Below, one piece after another: positions 34,890 through 45,932 of a stretch of DNA of 64,000 nt. Each line of letters opens with the position of its first letter. The stretch's first letter is position 1. A model generated the notes under the pieces. It saw only the letters and a list, made by a program, of their open reading frames with translations. It searched no databases and had not been told where the DNA came from. The translations under genes were made by a program, and so were the position numbers. Location of the stretch: IMG/VR virus record IMGVR_UViG_3300023117_000010, positions 1 through 64,000 of that record, one strand, 5' to 3'. Origin of the DNA: a virus.

Positions 34890-36188
34890 CTAACTAATTG
34901 AACCGAGATTAATACGTTCGAAAGATGTAATACCATGACGCCGATTAATAGTAATAAGCGCCTGTTGTGCCTCATCGCCAGCATGCATTGTATCGAATGC
35001 ATACTCATCTGGCCCCTTAATAGAACCATTGACAATAAGATCACACCCACGACCGGGCCACCAAAGCAATTGGTGGAAATGCCCCATCATGAGCATATCT
35101 ACGGGAGGCATTCCAAGACTCTTAAGACCTTCTTGGAATGCCGCCCGCTTTCTCGCAAGACCGTAAAACGGAATGCCTGCGAAACTTGTAGACTTATATC
35201 CATCGCCATGAGTGAACCCAACCTTGTGTCCCTCAATGTCGTGAACATAAATCAAATCCTTTGGTACGATAACTTTTACATTATCAATATCACGGACAAT
35301 GGCCTTAACCATTTCACCCATGATATATTCTAGGTTATCATACTTTCGCTTATGGCGTGGCTTCTTTGTTAAGCGTGGGTGATTACCGGGCATAACAATA
35401 ACCTCAACCTCTGGAAAGTTCTCAGAAAGCGAACCAATAACATCAACCATCAGATGCGCCATGCGAACTAGTTGATCTGAAACAGGAGACTCATTTGATT
35501 CAGCCAACTCTTCATGAATATTACCACTAATCATATCGCCAAGAAACACAGCGACAATCTTATTGATTGGATGATCTTGACTGTTAAGTTGACGAAAACG
35601 TATAATTTTCTGAGTAAGAAACTCTATACGACGCTCACAAACATCCATGTTATATCTAATGTCATACATATCTACAGTCTCTCCGTAATGAGCATCGGAG
35701 ATAAGCGCAACCATCGTGTGTGGGTCATCACCTTCTGTTGGAGAAGGACCGGCTCTAAAGATTGGTTCATAAGGATTAGTTTCCATAGCACCGATTATCT
35801 TTTGAGCGACACGATCATCTGCATCTAAGACTGATTCATAATCTTTAATAAGTTTAACAGAACGCTTTATGTCAGTTGACTGTCTAAGCAGTTCACGGTT
35901 TGCTTCAACTAACTCACGACGCAAACGATCTTGTTCTGTATCTTCATTATTAAGACGCCTATTAGCAGAAGCAATAGGAGACTTATTTACATCAAATGTA
36001 TAAATCTCACTATCCCAACGATCAATAGCCCTGCGAACAGAACGCTCTGACGTTGAAATGCCATAACGATCAACAAGAAGCCGCGCAATAGCAGTCATTC
36101 CCATTCCGGCTAGGTGAGCATCTATGATGATATCTTTGAAATCATCAAGAGGCGAACCTGACACACCTGAAGGTTCATTAGTACCCAT
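34890..36188 (-). CDS. Calcineurin-like metallophosphoesterase with N-terminal HTH
   Basis: SDAHYG, GDMISG, GNH, THGD, GHFH motifs; N-terminal HTH and coiled coil. Confidence 0.9.
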   Translation of the reverse strand: MGTNEPSGVSGSPLDDFKDIIIDAHLAGMGMTAIARLLVDRYGISTSERSVRRAIDRWDSEIYTFDVNKSPIASANRRLNNEDTEQDRLRRELVEANRELLRQSTDIKRSVKLIKDYESVLDADDRVAQKIIGAMETNPYEPIFRAGPSPTEGDDPHTMVALISDAHYGETVDMYDIRYNMDVCERRIEFLTQKIIRFRQLNSQDHPINKIVAVFLGDMISGNIHEELAESNESPVSDQLVRMAHLMVDVIGSLSENFPEVEVIVMPGNHPRLTKKPRHKRKYDNLEYIMGEMVKAIVRDIDNVKVIVPKDLIYVHDIEGHKVGFTHGDGYKSTSFAGIPFYGLARKRAAFQEGLKSLGMPPVDMLMMGHFHQLLWWPGRGCDLIVNGSIKGPDEYAFDTMHAGDEAQQALITINRRHGITSFERINLGSIS

Positions 36189-36197
36189 TAAAACTCC

Positions 36198-38318
36198 TTA
36201 CTCGTTTGTGTTATTAGTTTCTTCTTGAGGTTTTTCGGGTTTTATATCTTCTCTAATTAAAGAAATTTTCTTAGAATTCTTAGGTAGATTTAACTTCTCT
36301 ACCAATCTTCCTTCTTTTTCTTCAACGACTTTACTCATACTAGATCTACCACCGGGAGGTTGAATCGGAGTTCTTTCATTAGAAATTTCTGGCATTCCAC
36401 CCGGAGTTGTTGACATAGGTGCTGCTGCTGGAGGTAATCCACCCGGCTCTGGAGGCATCTCAATACCCATAGGACCAGAGACAGGACCAGCCTGACCCAT
36501 ATCACCCATCATAGCATCCATTCCCATTTGATTCAAGCCCTGATCCATTGCGGGGAATTCATTTGGATCTAATCCAGCATTTGGATCAAGTCCTGCTGCC
36601 ATAATTTCTTGTAATAGATCCGCAGGGATAGGTAGGTTCTTAGCCTTAAGTAATCTGTAAATCTTAACTTTGGCTTCTTGTTGTGCAACTGTCTTTTCAA
36701 TTGCTTCTTCTTCAAATTTAGCAAGTTCTTCTTTGAATGTATAGGGCAAGCCAACCATGAATGTTTGATCTGATATTGGAACACCAGAAGACTTGAGTTG
36801 TGCAAGGAATTGACGTTGAGTTGCTTCATCACGAAGATCAAGAACTTTCATATTAATCTCTGGAATGAGCAATTTGTGTCTTTCAACAACCATGATGTTT
36901 CCTTCTTCATCATATTCAACATGCTCTTCCATTATTGGGACTCTAGTATCTCCGCGTTGTTCATAGTCATAATGTTCATTTGCTTCAGCAACAACTCTTG
37001 CTCTTTCCATAAAATGTCTTTTTAGGAAGTTTTGGTATGTGCGGAGAATTTGATTTAAGAACTCAGCCTGCAATGCTGAAGATGCGTATGGTTGAGAATT
37101 AGAACCAGCAGATAGTAGACTTGGATTAACTCCAAACAACTGCATCAATCTACGCTCAATACGATCAAAATCCTCGCCTAGATTTGGCATTTGTTCACGA
37201 CCAAATACGTTTTGAATATCTACTCCAAAGTGGTGAACAAGAACTCGGAAATCAGAAGCAAGAGCGATATCAATATCATCACGGAATGCTTCACACTCAT
37301 CTGGACCGGGCATCCACGGCACACCATCACCGATATCTTGAACACCCAACTTAGCAAGAATCAGCGGAGAATAAAGACGTTCAGCAATAGCATCCTGTGA
37401 AGCCATTAACTTCTCTTCATGGATAAGTGTACGCAATCCTCTTAACAGAAGCGGAGTGCCATGAACATCCCAATCATTAATTTTAAATGCTACTTGCTTC
37501 ATAAGAATATTAGAAACAGGAATGTTTTCATTCTTAGTAAGATAAGGGATTAGTTCCGGCCAATCTCTTTCAAGAGTAGTATAATCTTGAGTAGGGCTTT
37601 TCTTTGTTGCTAGTTCTCTTAAGAATTCAGGAGGCTTAATCTCAAACTGTTGAGTACCAAGAAGCGGATATTGTTTAAGAACAACATCTTCTGGGTTAAT
37701 CAGTTCTTCCCTTTCCCAAATACCTAAAGTATCATTAAAAGATCCTAGCGGGAAAGCCTGTCCTACGGTCCAGTATTCACGACCCATTCGTACAAGAAAC
37801 TCTTGGTAATCAAGACGGTCAAAGAAAAGATCTTCATACCATTGAGTAAGTTTTGGATCTTTTGATGTTAGTTCAATTCCTACTAGGGGGAATCTAGTAA
37901 AAATATCAATAAGAATAGGAACTAAGTAGTGTGTCATATAATACAGACGCAACCACTGATACAATTTACGACGGTGAGTATCGTTTTGAATATTCCACGG
38001 AATCCCAGAAAGTTCCCAATACTCTACAGGATCATAGAAACGAGGGATAGCAGCAATATAATCACCACCACCGGCTGCTGTCTTTTGAACAGAAGATACT
38101 CTTCGATTGCGAGCAAATTCAGAGGCAAGCGCTCTATTAGCCCTCATATCTCCAATTGTTGCTTGGAGTCCATCTGGGCCGTTTGGGTCACTTCCTGCAA
38201 GGTTATAAGCCTCCCAAGCAGCCATTTTCTTACGAATATCATGCTTGGGAAGCGTACCACCTAATTCTTTAATTACTCTTGCTTGCTCTTCTGGAGTTAA
38301 TTTAGGGAATTCTGGCAT
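36198..38318 (-). CDS. Portal protein
   Basis: GTPLLLRGLRTL..EEKL..SQDAIAERLYSPLILAKLG resembles large actinophage portals; Pro/Met/Gly-rich tail; near terminase. Confidence 0.85.
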   Translation of the reverse strand: MPEFPKLTPEEQARVIKELGGTLPKHDIRKKMAAWEAYNLAGSDPNGPDGLQATIGDMRANRALASEFARNRRVSSVQKTAAGGGDYIAAIPRFYDPVEYWELSGIPWNIQNDTHRRKLYQWLRLYYMTHYLVPILIDIFTRFPLVGIELTSKDPKLTQWYEDLFFDRLDYQEFLVRMGREYWTVGQAFPLGSFNDTLGIWEREELINPEDVVLKQYPLLGTQQFEIKPPEFLRELATKKSPTQDYTTLERDWPELIPYLTKNENIPVSNILMKQVAFKINDWDVHGTPLLLRGLRTLIHEEKLMASQDAIAERLYSPLILAKLGVQDIGDGVPWMPGPDECEAFRDDIDIALASDFRVLVHHFGVDIQNVFGREQMPNLGEDFDRIERRLMQLFGVNPSLLSAGSNSQPYASSALQAEFLNQILRTYQNFLKRHFMERARVVAEANEHYDYEQRGDTRVPIMEEHVEYDEEGNIMVVERHKLLIPEINMKVLDLRDEATQRQFLAQLKSSGVPISDQTFMVGLPYTFKEELAKFEEEAIEKTVAQQEAKVKIYRLLKAKNLPIPADLLQEIMAAGLDPNAGLDPNEFPAMDQGLNQMGMDAMMGDMGQAGPVSGPMGIEMPPEPGGLPPAAAPMSTTPGGMPEISNERTPIQPPGGRSSMSKVVEEKEGRLVEKLNLPKNSKKISLIREDIKPEKPQEETNNTNE

Positions 38319-38351
38319 CTATCTTATATCCAAACTGTAGTTTACAAATTT

Positions 38352-38360
38352 ATTATATCA
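38352..38360 (-). promoter_or_regulatory. Extended -10 promoter TGATATAAT upstream of portal
   Basis: The same nonamer recurs upstream of the SSB gene at about 54529-54537. Confidence 0.45.
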
Positions 38361-38377
38361 GATATAATAGTTTTTGT

Positions 38378-40804
38378 CTAACGCTCTTCATAAGGAGAGC
38401 GATAGACCTCATCGTATACTTCCTGTGGAGATTGGTGATCAAGGAAGTAATCGTCTTCGACACCTTGCTTCTTATCTATCATATAATCTGCATATTCTAT
38501 TGCAAGATCATGAGCATCATCTTCCCCATGCCCCTCTTCTATAAGTTCTGGATATCTTTCGTTGTAGTAGTCCATCCATTCTTCGCTAGAATCTGATATT
38601 TTTCTAGAAGATTGCTTTGGGACATTATCCTCTTGCTTAACACCTTTACCATCCATCTTTGAACGGTCGGCTTCACCCTTGTACTTATCTTTATTCTTTT
38701 CAGTACGTTCATCGTTGTCAGCGTATGGGGCTTCGCCACCCGGCTGTACAAACTCACGAACATCTTCATACTCAGGGCCGGGGTCTTGATGTTCTACACC
38801 GATAGCCTTTGAAGTTTCTTCAACATTAATGTTGCGATACTTATCTCCTTCTTTGCCACCGATTTCCTTATCAATGTTTACGCTATCTGAATCTTCAGAA
38901 GCAACAGGCAGGCCGGGCGCACTTACTTGAAGTTGAGCCATTTCGCCTACTGATTCTACAATAATTGAAGCGTATTTTTCATTTAAGCCTTTATTCATGT
39001 AAACCTCTATTAATTTCTCTTCAATTGGAGTGAGTGAGGATGTGGCAGTTAAACCTTCCATCATCTTCTTTCTTCTTTTAGGATTCATTGTTTGATTTGG
39101 TGGCGGGTTTCCTTGTAGACCTTTTACCATTTGATCATTATTTCTACCGTCACCTTGTCCTCCAGCACCAGACATATCTTGTGTTATTTGATCGTCTGGA
39201 TTATTATTGTTTACATTTGGGTTATTATTCATATTTGGAGGAAGTGGCCCTCTATCTGCATCAACTCCCTTTGAACGCAAAGGATAACCTTTTTGTCCAT
39301 AAAGATTACTTCTCATAATATAGTCATGCCATGTTTGATTAGGAATTTCATACTGTTGTCTCTTATTGGCTCCAGCAGGATATGGGTCTGGTCTACCAAC
39401 GGACTTTTCAACTTCTTGAAGAGGTTGGCGCCCGTCTGGACCTACTGGATATGATTGCCATCTTCTTTTGAGTTCATCCCAAATAGGACCACTGTATAAC
39501 TGCATTGCTTCTTTTTTGATAAACTCGTCTTCAATTCCAATAAACTTTGAAACAGACGCTTCTCTAGTTGAGATTCTTTGAGGATTAATTTCATAAGCAA
39601 TTAAGTTTGCTTCTGTCATTAAATCTACTAGTTCATTTTTATTATTGCTATAAAATTCTCTAACTTCAGGACGCCTATCTCCTTTAAGAACTTCCCAGAG
39701 TTGTCTAGCAGCACTTGCAATTTTTTCATGAGCGCCTTCTGCGCTTGTTTCAGGGTTCATCCAATCTTCAACCCATTTGTCTGCAAGTTTAGAGTGACCA
39801 GACTGTTCTGCCATAGAAATTAATTTTTGACCGATAGGAAGAAGCGAGTTTTCTACACTCGCTTCTCTTTGTTTATCAATCAAATCCATGCCACATTGAT
39901 CACACTTGCCTGAATGTCCTGTGTATTTAGAAATGTCTGACATTTCCATTTGACTTATTGGAGATAAAGAATCTTCCCATTCTAAATTATCTCCTGTCAT
40001 TTCTTGAGCGCAATGAGGACAGAGGAAGTGATCGTTACCTTTGATCTGATAAGCAGCATAATTACCTGCACCAGCGGTCTTCTCTTCCTTATTTTCTTCA
40101 TCAGTTTCTTCAGAAGACTTGTTGCGATTTCTCCACTTATCTCCGTGACCCGAGCGGTCCCAAAGTTCTTGATGGAGTTCTTCTAGATCTTCACCCATAG
40201 GCTCTTCAAGTCTCTTTAATTGTTGAACAAGGTTTTTAATTTTATTCAGCAATTCTTCATCAGAAAGATCTTTATGAGCAGAAGCAGTTCTGTCCCATTC
40301 TTCGTATTGATTAGGATCGTTTTCCCACATATCAGTTACAGGGCGAGATTCTACAGCCTCAACAAAAGAATCAACTATCTCTCCATAAAGATCTACTTGA
40401 TTTTGCATATCTAGTGAAGATAACTTTTGTTCCCAGTCTGTTGCTAACTCTTCAAATCCTGCTTCTTTCATTACTTTAAGATAATCTTCAATACCCGGGG
40501 CAATAACTGGTCCTTCATTTTCTTCGGGCATAAAGTTCTCTGCATTTTTAGTTAAGTAAGAAACAGTGGCTTCGTAAACCATTTTAGGATCTACATCATA
40601 TTGATAAGCAAACTTATCAGTAACGTCTTTAATTTCCTTTTCAATAATACTAACTCTGTTAACATTTTCATCAATAAAGTTGCCAAACCTTTTTTCTGTT
40701 TCCATCTGAGATGCAAGGATAGCACTACGAGGATTTTTCTCTTTTGCGTCTGCTTGCATTTGCAATTCTATATTTTCAAATAAATCGCTCATTATAGTAA
40801 CCAT
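38378..40804 (-). CDS. Acidic modular head-associated protein (808 aa)
   Basis: Lies between terminase and portal; zinc finger shared with the giant protein; many K/R-x-A/S linkers. Confidence 0.8.
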   Translation of the reverse strand: MVTIMSDLFENIELQMQADAKEKNPRSAILASQMETEKRFGNFIDENVNRVSIIEKEIKDVTDKFAYQYDVDPKMVYEATVSYLTKNAENFMPEENEGPVIAPGIEDYLKVMKEAGFEELATDWEQKLSSLDMQNQVDLYGEIVDSFVEAVESRPVTDMWENDPNQYEEWDRTASAHKDLSDEELLNKIKNLVQQLKRLEEPMGEDLEELHQELWDRSGHGDKWRNRNKSSEETDEENKEEKTAGAGNYAAYQIKGNDHFLCPHCAQEMTGDNLEWEDSLSPISQMEMSDISKYTGHSGKCDQCGMDLIDKQREASVENSLLPIGQKLISMAEQSGHSKLADKWVEDWMNPETSAEGAHEKIASAARQLWEVLKGDRRPEVREFYSNNKNELVDLMTEANLIAYEINPQRISTREASVSKFIGIEDEFIKKEAMQLYSGPIWDELKRRWQSYPVGPDGRQPLQEVEKSVGRPDPYPAGANKRQQYEIPNQTWHDYIMRSNLYGQKGYPLRSKGVDADRGPLPPNMNNNPNVNNNNPDDQITQDMSGAGGQGDGRNNDQMVKGLQGNPPPNQTMNPKRRKKMMEGLTATSSLTPIEEKLIEVYMNKGLNEKYASIIVESVGEMAQLQVSAPGLPVASEDSDSVNIDKEIGGKEGDKYRNINVEETSKAIGVEHQDPGPEYEDVREFVQPGGEAPYADNDERTEKNKDKYKGEADRSKMDGKGVKQEDNVPKQSSRKISDSSEEWMDYYNERYPELIEEGHGEDDAHDLAIEYADYMIDKKQGVEDDYFLDHQSPQEVYDEVYRSPYEER

Positions 40805-43632
40805 CCTTCGTCTTCTTCATCATCATTTTTATAAAAATCAGAATTATTTAATCTTTCGTATGAATCCCAATAGTCTTTATATTTACCTTCTGGACTGTCT
40901 CTAAATTCATCATCTTTTCGCCACTGTTCTTCCATTTCTTCATGTTCTGCTCTATATAAAGGATCTTCTTCAAGTCGTCTTTCGTGTTCTTCATCCCAAG
41001 CCCTATTTGCGGCTTCCATTTCTGGAGTTATTTCACTATCTGAAAGTTCTCCAAGATATTCATTCAAAAGATCCATCAAACTTTTTTCTCCTGCGTAAGA
41101 CTCAATTGCAAAATTATTAATACCGGGCAAAAGGTTTTCAAGTTCTTGAATAGAAGTTATATTATTATACTTAGGATTTAAGGACTGAATTTTTAGTACA
41201 GCATTTTGAATGGCTTCTTCTTGATTTAATCCCACTTCTTTTCCTCTTTTAATAATTCCATTAATAAGCATAAATGCAACTTCTTCAGGCCCCCGAGAGG
41301 CAGTCTTAACATCTGCAACAACTTTTCTTCTGACATTTTCTACATTTTTCATAAATTCAGATATAAGATCTTGTCTCTTACCATCTTCTACAAAAGCAAC
41401 CTTTTGTGAAAATTCATTAAATGCCATCTTAGCAACTTCTTGAGCATCGCTAAGAATTGATGTAGATAGATTATTAACAAACCCAATTGAATCTGTAATT
41501 ACTACCTGATTCCAATCAATTGAAGCGGCTTCTTTTTCCATCTCATCAGCAATAATAACCATAGATTCTCCACCACCGGGACCGACTTGACTGCCGAGGG
41601 AGGCTTCTCTGGCAAATTCGTATTTCGGCAAAGAGTCTACATATTCTTGCTCGCCCATAAATTGATCATTAGAAAGGCTTGCTTGACAAAATAGGATTTC
41701 ATTATTAATAGCATCTCTTGCTTCAACAAGCATTCCTACTTCGCCAACATTTTTAGTAATGGCAAGTTTATTATTGATTTCGCTAAGTAAAGCGCGTGAT
41801 TCCTTAATTCTATCTGAGTAAGTATTACGGTTCTTAGAATTCTGCAAAGAATCAAACCACTCTCCATCTAGATGAGAGGTTATCTTAATAAATAAATCTT
41901 CGTTTGCAGAAGATACTTTTTGATCCTCTACAACTTCTACATCTTCAAGCATAAATTCATATTCGGAACCATTTTCAGATACAACACTTGCCATTTTGCC
42001 ATACAGGGTTTCCCAAACATTTGAAACCTTGCCGACTCCGACGTTGGATCTGACAAATACTCCCGGTCTGATGGAAGGATCATCTTCCAACTTTAGTTTG
42101 TCAGCCACTTCATCTGCCTCCTGTTTATCAGCGCCTTCATTTTTTAATATTTCTACAATATCCCCTCTAGTCATTTGAGGATCTTTTGCAACATAATCTT
42201 TTGCCATATCTTCAAAGAATCCATCCGAATCAGATTCAGCAAAAAAGTCTCCATCAGCAGTGTCACCCGGGGCACTCATATATCCGCCACCAGTTCCGCT
42301 AAAATCGTTTGGACCGGGAGCGCCCTCTAAACTATCATTCAGACCACCCGGACCATCTATATCCATACCAGCACTATATGGGAAATCTCCACTTGCACCC
42401 AAATCTAAATCTTCTGGGGCATCGCTTGGAGCGCCTGACATTTCTTCTTCACCCGCACCTTCTGCTCCATCTCTTGGAATAGCAGCAGCATGAGCCTCTT
42501 CATCAGAAGCCCCATTTTCTTTTAGAATTGTAATAATTTGATCTTTATCAACTCCAGAATCTTGTAGGGCTAAACCAATTTCTCTCCATGATAGATCAAC
42601 TGAAGTTTTTACACTTGAAAATCTCCAAGGCTCTTCATAGTAACGATCATAAAATTCTGGGTCTGCCCCCATATACAAAAATTGTTTTTTATTACCCTCT
42701 TCGTCAAATTCTGGCTCTACAAGACGATTTTCAAACTTTTGTTTTTGTGAAGCCCAATATCTTTGAACATGATCAATCATCCATTCCCAGATTTCTTGCC
42801 AATTAATCATATTTTCTTGAATAGCATGTTGAGGGTGTGTTTCTTCAACAGATTGATTATATGGCTCTACCGCCATATGCATTACTTCTTTTACAAAATC
42901 TTCTGGGTTTCTAATCATATGATTAGTGATCATAGCAAATAAAACATCATAGGGGCGAGAGCCGCCGTTCATTCCACCCATCATAATAGCCTCAACATCT
43001 GGGTTTAAGGCGTCCCCTTTGCCCATAATAAGATCTTTGATCATCTCTGTACTATCATTTGAGGCGGCTTCTTTAGCAAAAAGTTCTTTATTGAGTTGTG
43101 ATATGGAGTTTTGAGAAACATCAAACTTTTCAAGGATATTTCTTAAAGTTTCAGGATTCATATTAGCCTTGTCTTCTTCAGCAGAATTGATTAATTCTTT
43201 AATTGCCTCTGGAGGAATATCGTCATATTTATAACCGGGATCAGCATAATCAGCATAAGCATTATCTTCATGAGGTTTTTCTGTAAACTTATTTACATCT
43301 TGATCACCTTCATCAAGATTAATATTTTTAATAGCATCTACGGCCTCATCTCTTAGATATCCTATTTCAAGTAATTTATCTAAGATTTCTCCCATATCTA
43401 TATTAGCCTCATACATGGCTTTGGCTGCTTGTAGTGCGTTTACCCCAGAAGACTTTAAGTTTTCTTTAATATGAGGATTTTCTTTAAATACAAGCATTAT
43501 AGCCATTTTTGCTATTTTGGGATCAAAACCTGCTGCTACCATTTCATTTGAAATGTTACCAATATTACTATATCTAATTTCGGGCAATTGACTAGCATAA
43601 TTTATTGCGCTAGATAAATCGTATTTAGCCAT
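40792..43632 (-). CDS. Acidic modular head-associated protein (946 aa)
   Basis: Directly downstream of terminase; shares a PYNQ...INWQEI domain with the giant protein. Confidence 0.8.
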   Translation of the reverse strand: MAKYDLSSAINYASQLPEIRYSNIGNISNEMVAAGFDPKIAKMAIMLVFKENPHIKENLKSSGVNALQAAKAMYEANIDMGEILDKLLEIGYLRDEAVDAIKNINLDEGDQDVNKFTEKPHEDNAYADYADPGYKYDDIPPEAIKELINSAEEDKANMNPETLRNILEKFDVSQNSISQLNKELFAKEAASNDSTEMIKDLIMGKGDALNPDVEAIMMGGMNGGSRPYDVLFAMITNHMIRNPEDFVKEVMHMAVEPYNQSVEETHPQHAIQENMINWQEIWEWMIDHVQRYWASQKQKFENRLVEPEFDEEGNKKQFLYMGADPEFYDRYYEEPWRFSSVKTSVDLSWREIGLALQDSGVDKDQIITILKENGASDEEAHAAAIPRDGAEGAGEEEMSGAPSDAPEDLDLGASGDFPYSAGMDIDGPGGLNDSLEGAPGPNDFSGTGGGYMSAPGDTADGDFFAESDSDGFFEDMAKDYVAKDPQMTRGDIVEILKNEGADKQEADEVADKLKLEDDPSIRPGVFVRSNVGVGKVSNVWETLYGKMASVVSENGSEYEFMLEDVEVVEDQKVSSANEDLFIKITSHLDGEWFDSLQNSKNRNTYSDRIKESRALLSEINNKLAITKNVGEVGMLVEARDAINNEILFCQASLSNDQFMGEQEYVDSLPKYEFAREASLGSQVGPGGGESMVIIADEMEKEAASIDWNQVVITDSIGFVNNLSTSILSDAQEVAKMAFNEFSQKVAFVEDGKRQDLISEFMKNVENVRRKVVADVKTASRGPEEVAFMLINGIIKRGKEVGLNQEEAIQNAVLKIQSLNPKYNNITSIQELENLLPGINNFAIESYAGEKSLMDLLNEYLGELSDSEITPEMEAANRAWDEEHERRLEEDPLYRAEHEEMEEQWRKDDEFRDSPEGKYKDYWDSYERLNNSDFYKNDDEEDEGWLL

Positions 43633-43665
43633 TAAGAATCCTTAAATAAATGCATTTACTACCAA

Positions 43666-45600
43666 TTATAGTGTCGGACGACGGGTTTTACTGTAACCGA
43701 ACCTACTAGGAGTTTGTTTTGCACTTCTTGTTCTCATAGGTTTAGGCTTTTTTGAATAAAAATGAGCAAAAGATTCGGGAGTTTCAGCACCGATTGCGTT
43801 TTTAGTATAACCTCCCATAGCACCCATCGCCATCCCCGAAGATAGACCTTCTAGATTAATAAAATCACCTACTAGGTAGTCTACAACTTCCATTAAACAG
43901 TCTGCGATATCCTTTGTGGTAACAGGACCAACATTTTGTTTTACGACACGATTTCCCTTTTGCTGCAAGAACTTTAATTCATTTTTAGTAAGTTCTAGAA
44001 GAGGAAAGTCAGCAGGAGCATGTACAAGACCTAAATTGATAGCAGTTTTAAATCTTTCCGCTCTAGCATAATTAAGTTTTTCAGTAGCGACAACCTCTCT
44101 AATCATAGTATCGCCAACTTGGTTTCTACGAGTCTGCTTTCTTAACCATTGAATTAAACCTTTTGATTGGAATTGGTCGAAACTAAAATCTTTTGGTCTA
44201 AAATTAATAATATTTTCAAGAATTTCATCTTGAACATCCAAATAGTTAATAGTATGATCTGGAAAGTCAGCAGGAATCCACGCATGGATATAATCAAAAA
44301 ATACATGAGGTACATTTCTTCCCTGATCATCTAAATGATGTTCAACATGCCCAATAGCAAGACCAAAATTAGCAGTAGTTGTTGAAGGGTCACAATGTCC
44401 CTTAAAAAGAACTTCTGGACCATAACCAGAACGATCTTGCTTTGTCTTTAATGTTCTTCCATTCCAAGTCTTAAACACATCGTCAACTTTATTAGGATCT
44501 AAGAATCCATCTACAACTTCTGCAAACTTGGAACGACGTTCAACTGAAAACTTTTCTGGGTTACGCTCTTCTTCAAGAGCCATTGCCTCATCCTCTACTG
44601 GAGAAAGCACGATTGCATTTTTAAATCTTCTTTCGGGATCTTTGTCCCAATCTTTATACAATTCCCAAGAAGGAAATTGAAAACCCATCATTCTATAGTC
44701 CAAAATTTCAGAAGACTTTTGTTCTTGTTCAGGCAAAATATCCATTGCAACAAGATAATTATTATAAAACTTACCGACTTTTGTATATGGAGAAGAATTT
44801 TCAAAGATAAGAGCATCTTCTTTAAACTGGTCAAGAGCGGGTCGCGCTGCTTCTATGATTTCATCTGCTCCCGATTTACTATTAATTCCTTCCATCATGT
44901 GAGCCATCTCATCCATAATAAGAACCATTGTAGCCTCTCCACGAATAGTAGAAGCGTTAGCAGCCGATGGTTTTATTCTAATCGAAGCCAAATCGCGTTC
45001 ACTTTTAAAAGCACTTCTTGCTTTTAGTTGATTTGCTTTTTCAATATCTGCGGGAGTCATGAGACTAATTTCTTTTTCAAGAAATTTAGACCAATAAGGT
45101 TTTAATGCATCGCATGATGTGATAGATCCTGTGATATCTGCAAACTGATATCTTTTTGCTTGGTCTTCTGATGCAGCAATCGTTGTTACCCAAATTGCTT
45201 TATCTCGGTCAATACCATACTTATCTTGAGGATTGTCCATGTTAATTAAATCATAAATCTTTTTAGCAACGGCAAGACCTGTTATGTGGCCCTTAGAAGA
45301 ACGACGCCCTCCAATCAACATCACTTCTCTAAAATGATTATATCCACGGTCCCTTAGAATTCCAACTCTTTCTCTTATCTGCGGAGAAAGCATAACTTCG
45401 CCAGACTTATTATAAACCCATTCGTCAAGGATATCTTCCTCAAAAGGAGTAAGTTCTTCTAAAAAGATTAATTTTAATAAAACTCTTTGTCTTGGATAAA
45501 GAGGTTTATTACAGTACTCATCTGATTCAGCAAATTCTACAATTGAAACTTTCTTGTCTTTAAGATTTAAAGAAAAGAAATCAATAAGATCAGTTCCCAT
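43666..45600 (-). CDS. terL: Terminase large subunit
   Basis: LYPRQ, GGRRSSKG (Walker A), LIMDE (Walker B), SSP coupling motif, nuclease HCDPS...FDQFQS...KDIAD. Confidence 0.93.
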   Translation of the reverse strand: MGTDLIDFFSLNLKDKKVSIVEFAESDEYCNKPLYPRQRVLLKLIFLEELTPFEEDILDEWVYNKSGEVMLSPQIRERVGILRDRGYNHFREVMLIGGRRSSKGHITGLAVAKKIYDLINMDNPQDKYGIDRDKAIWVTTIAASEDQAKRYQFADITGSITSCDALKPYWSKFLEKEISLMTPADIEKANQLKARSAFKSERDLASIRIKPSAANASTIRGEATMVLIMDEMAHMMEGINSKSGADEIIEAARPALDQFKEDALIFENSSPYTKVGKFYNNYLVAMDILPEQEQKSSEILDYRMMGFQFPSWELYKDWDKDPERRFKNAIVLSPVEDEAMALEEERNPEKFSVERRSKFAEVVDGFLDPNKVDDVFKTWNGRTLKTKQDRSGYGPEVLFKGHCDPSTTTANFGLAIGHVEHHLDDQGRNVPHVFFDYIHAWIPADFPDHTINYLDVQDEILENIINFRPKDFSFDQFQSKGLIQWLRKQTRRNQVGDTMIREVVATEKLNYARAERFKTAINLGLVHAPADFPLLELTKNELKFLQQKGNRVVKQNVGPVTTKDIADCLMEVVDYLVGDFINLEGLSSGMAMGAMGGYTKNAIGAETPESFAHFYSKKPKPMRTRSAKQTPSRFGYSKTRRPTL

Positions 45601-45932
45601 TATTCAATTTCCTCAATGTCTTCATTTAATTCTTTTGCTTTCTTGACTTCATACTGCTTTTTATCGAAATCAAAGCCAGATATAGGATCAACCCGATCAA
45701 TTATATTAACAATAAGTTTCGGGTAGTCATCTCCTTCTTCAAGGTGCCAATCTGCGTCTGCTTCAAACCCGGCGTCATGAAGTTTACCTTCTAACTCAAC
45801 AATCATATTCCACATATTTTCAAAGTTACCAGTGGCATCTTTATATTTATATTCAATTCTGCCAACCACATCTTTGATTTTTATAATCTCTTCATCATAA
45901 AGATTAATCGCACTACTCTGTTCCATCATCAA
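45600..45932 (-). CDS. Conserved hypothetical protein adjacent to terminase
   Basis: TAATG coupling to terL; FDFDKKQYEV motif. Confidence 0.7.
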   Translation of the reverse strand: MMMEQSSAINLYDEEIIKIKDVVGRIEYKYKDATGNFENMWNMIVELEGKLHDAGFEADADWHLEEGDDYPKLIVNIIDRVDPISGFDFDKKQYEVKKAKELNEDIEEIE

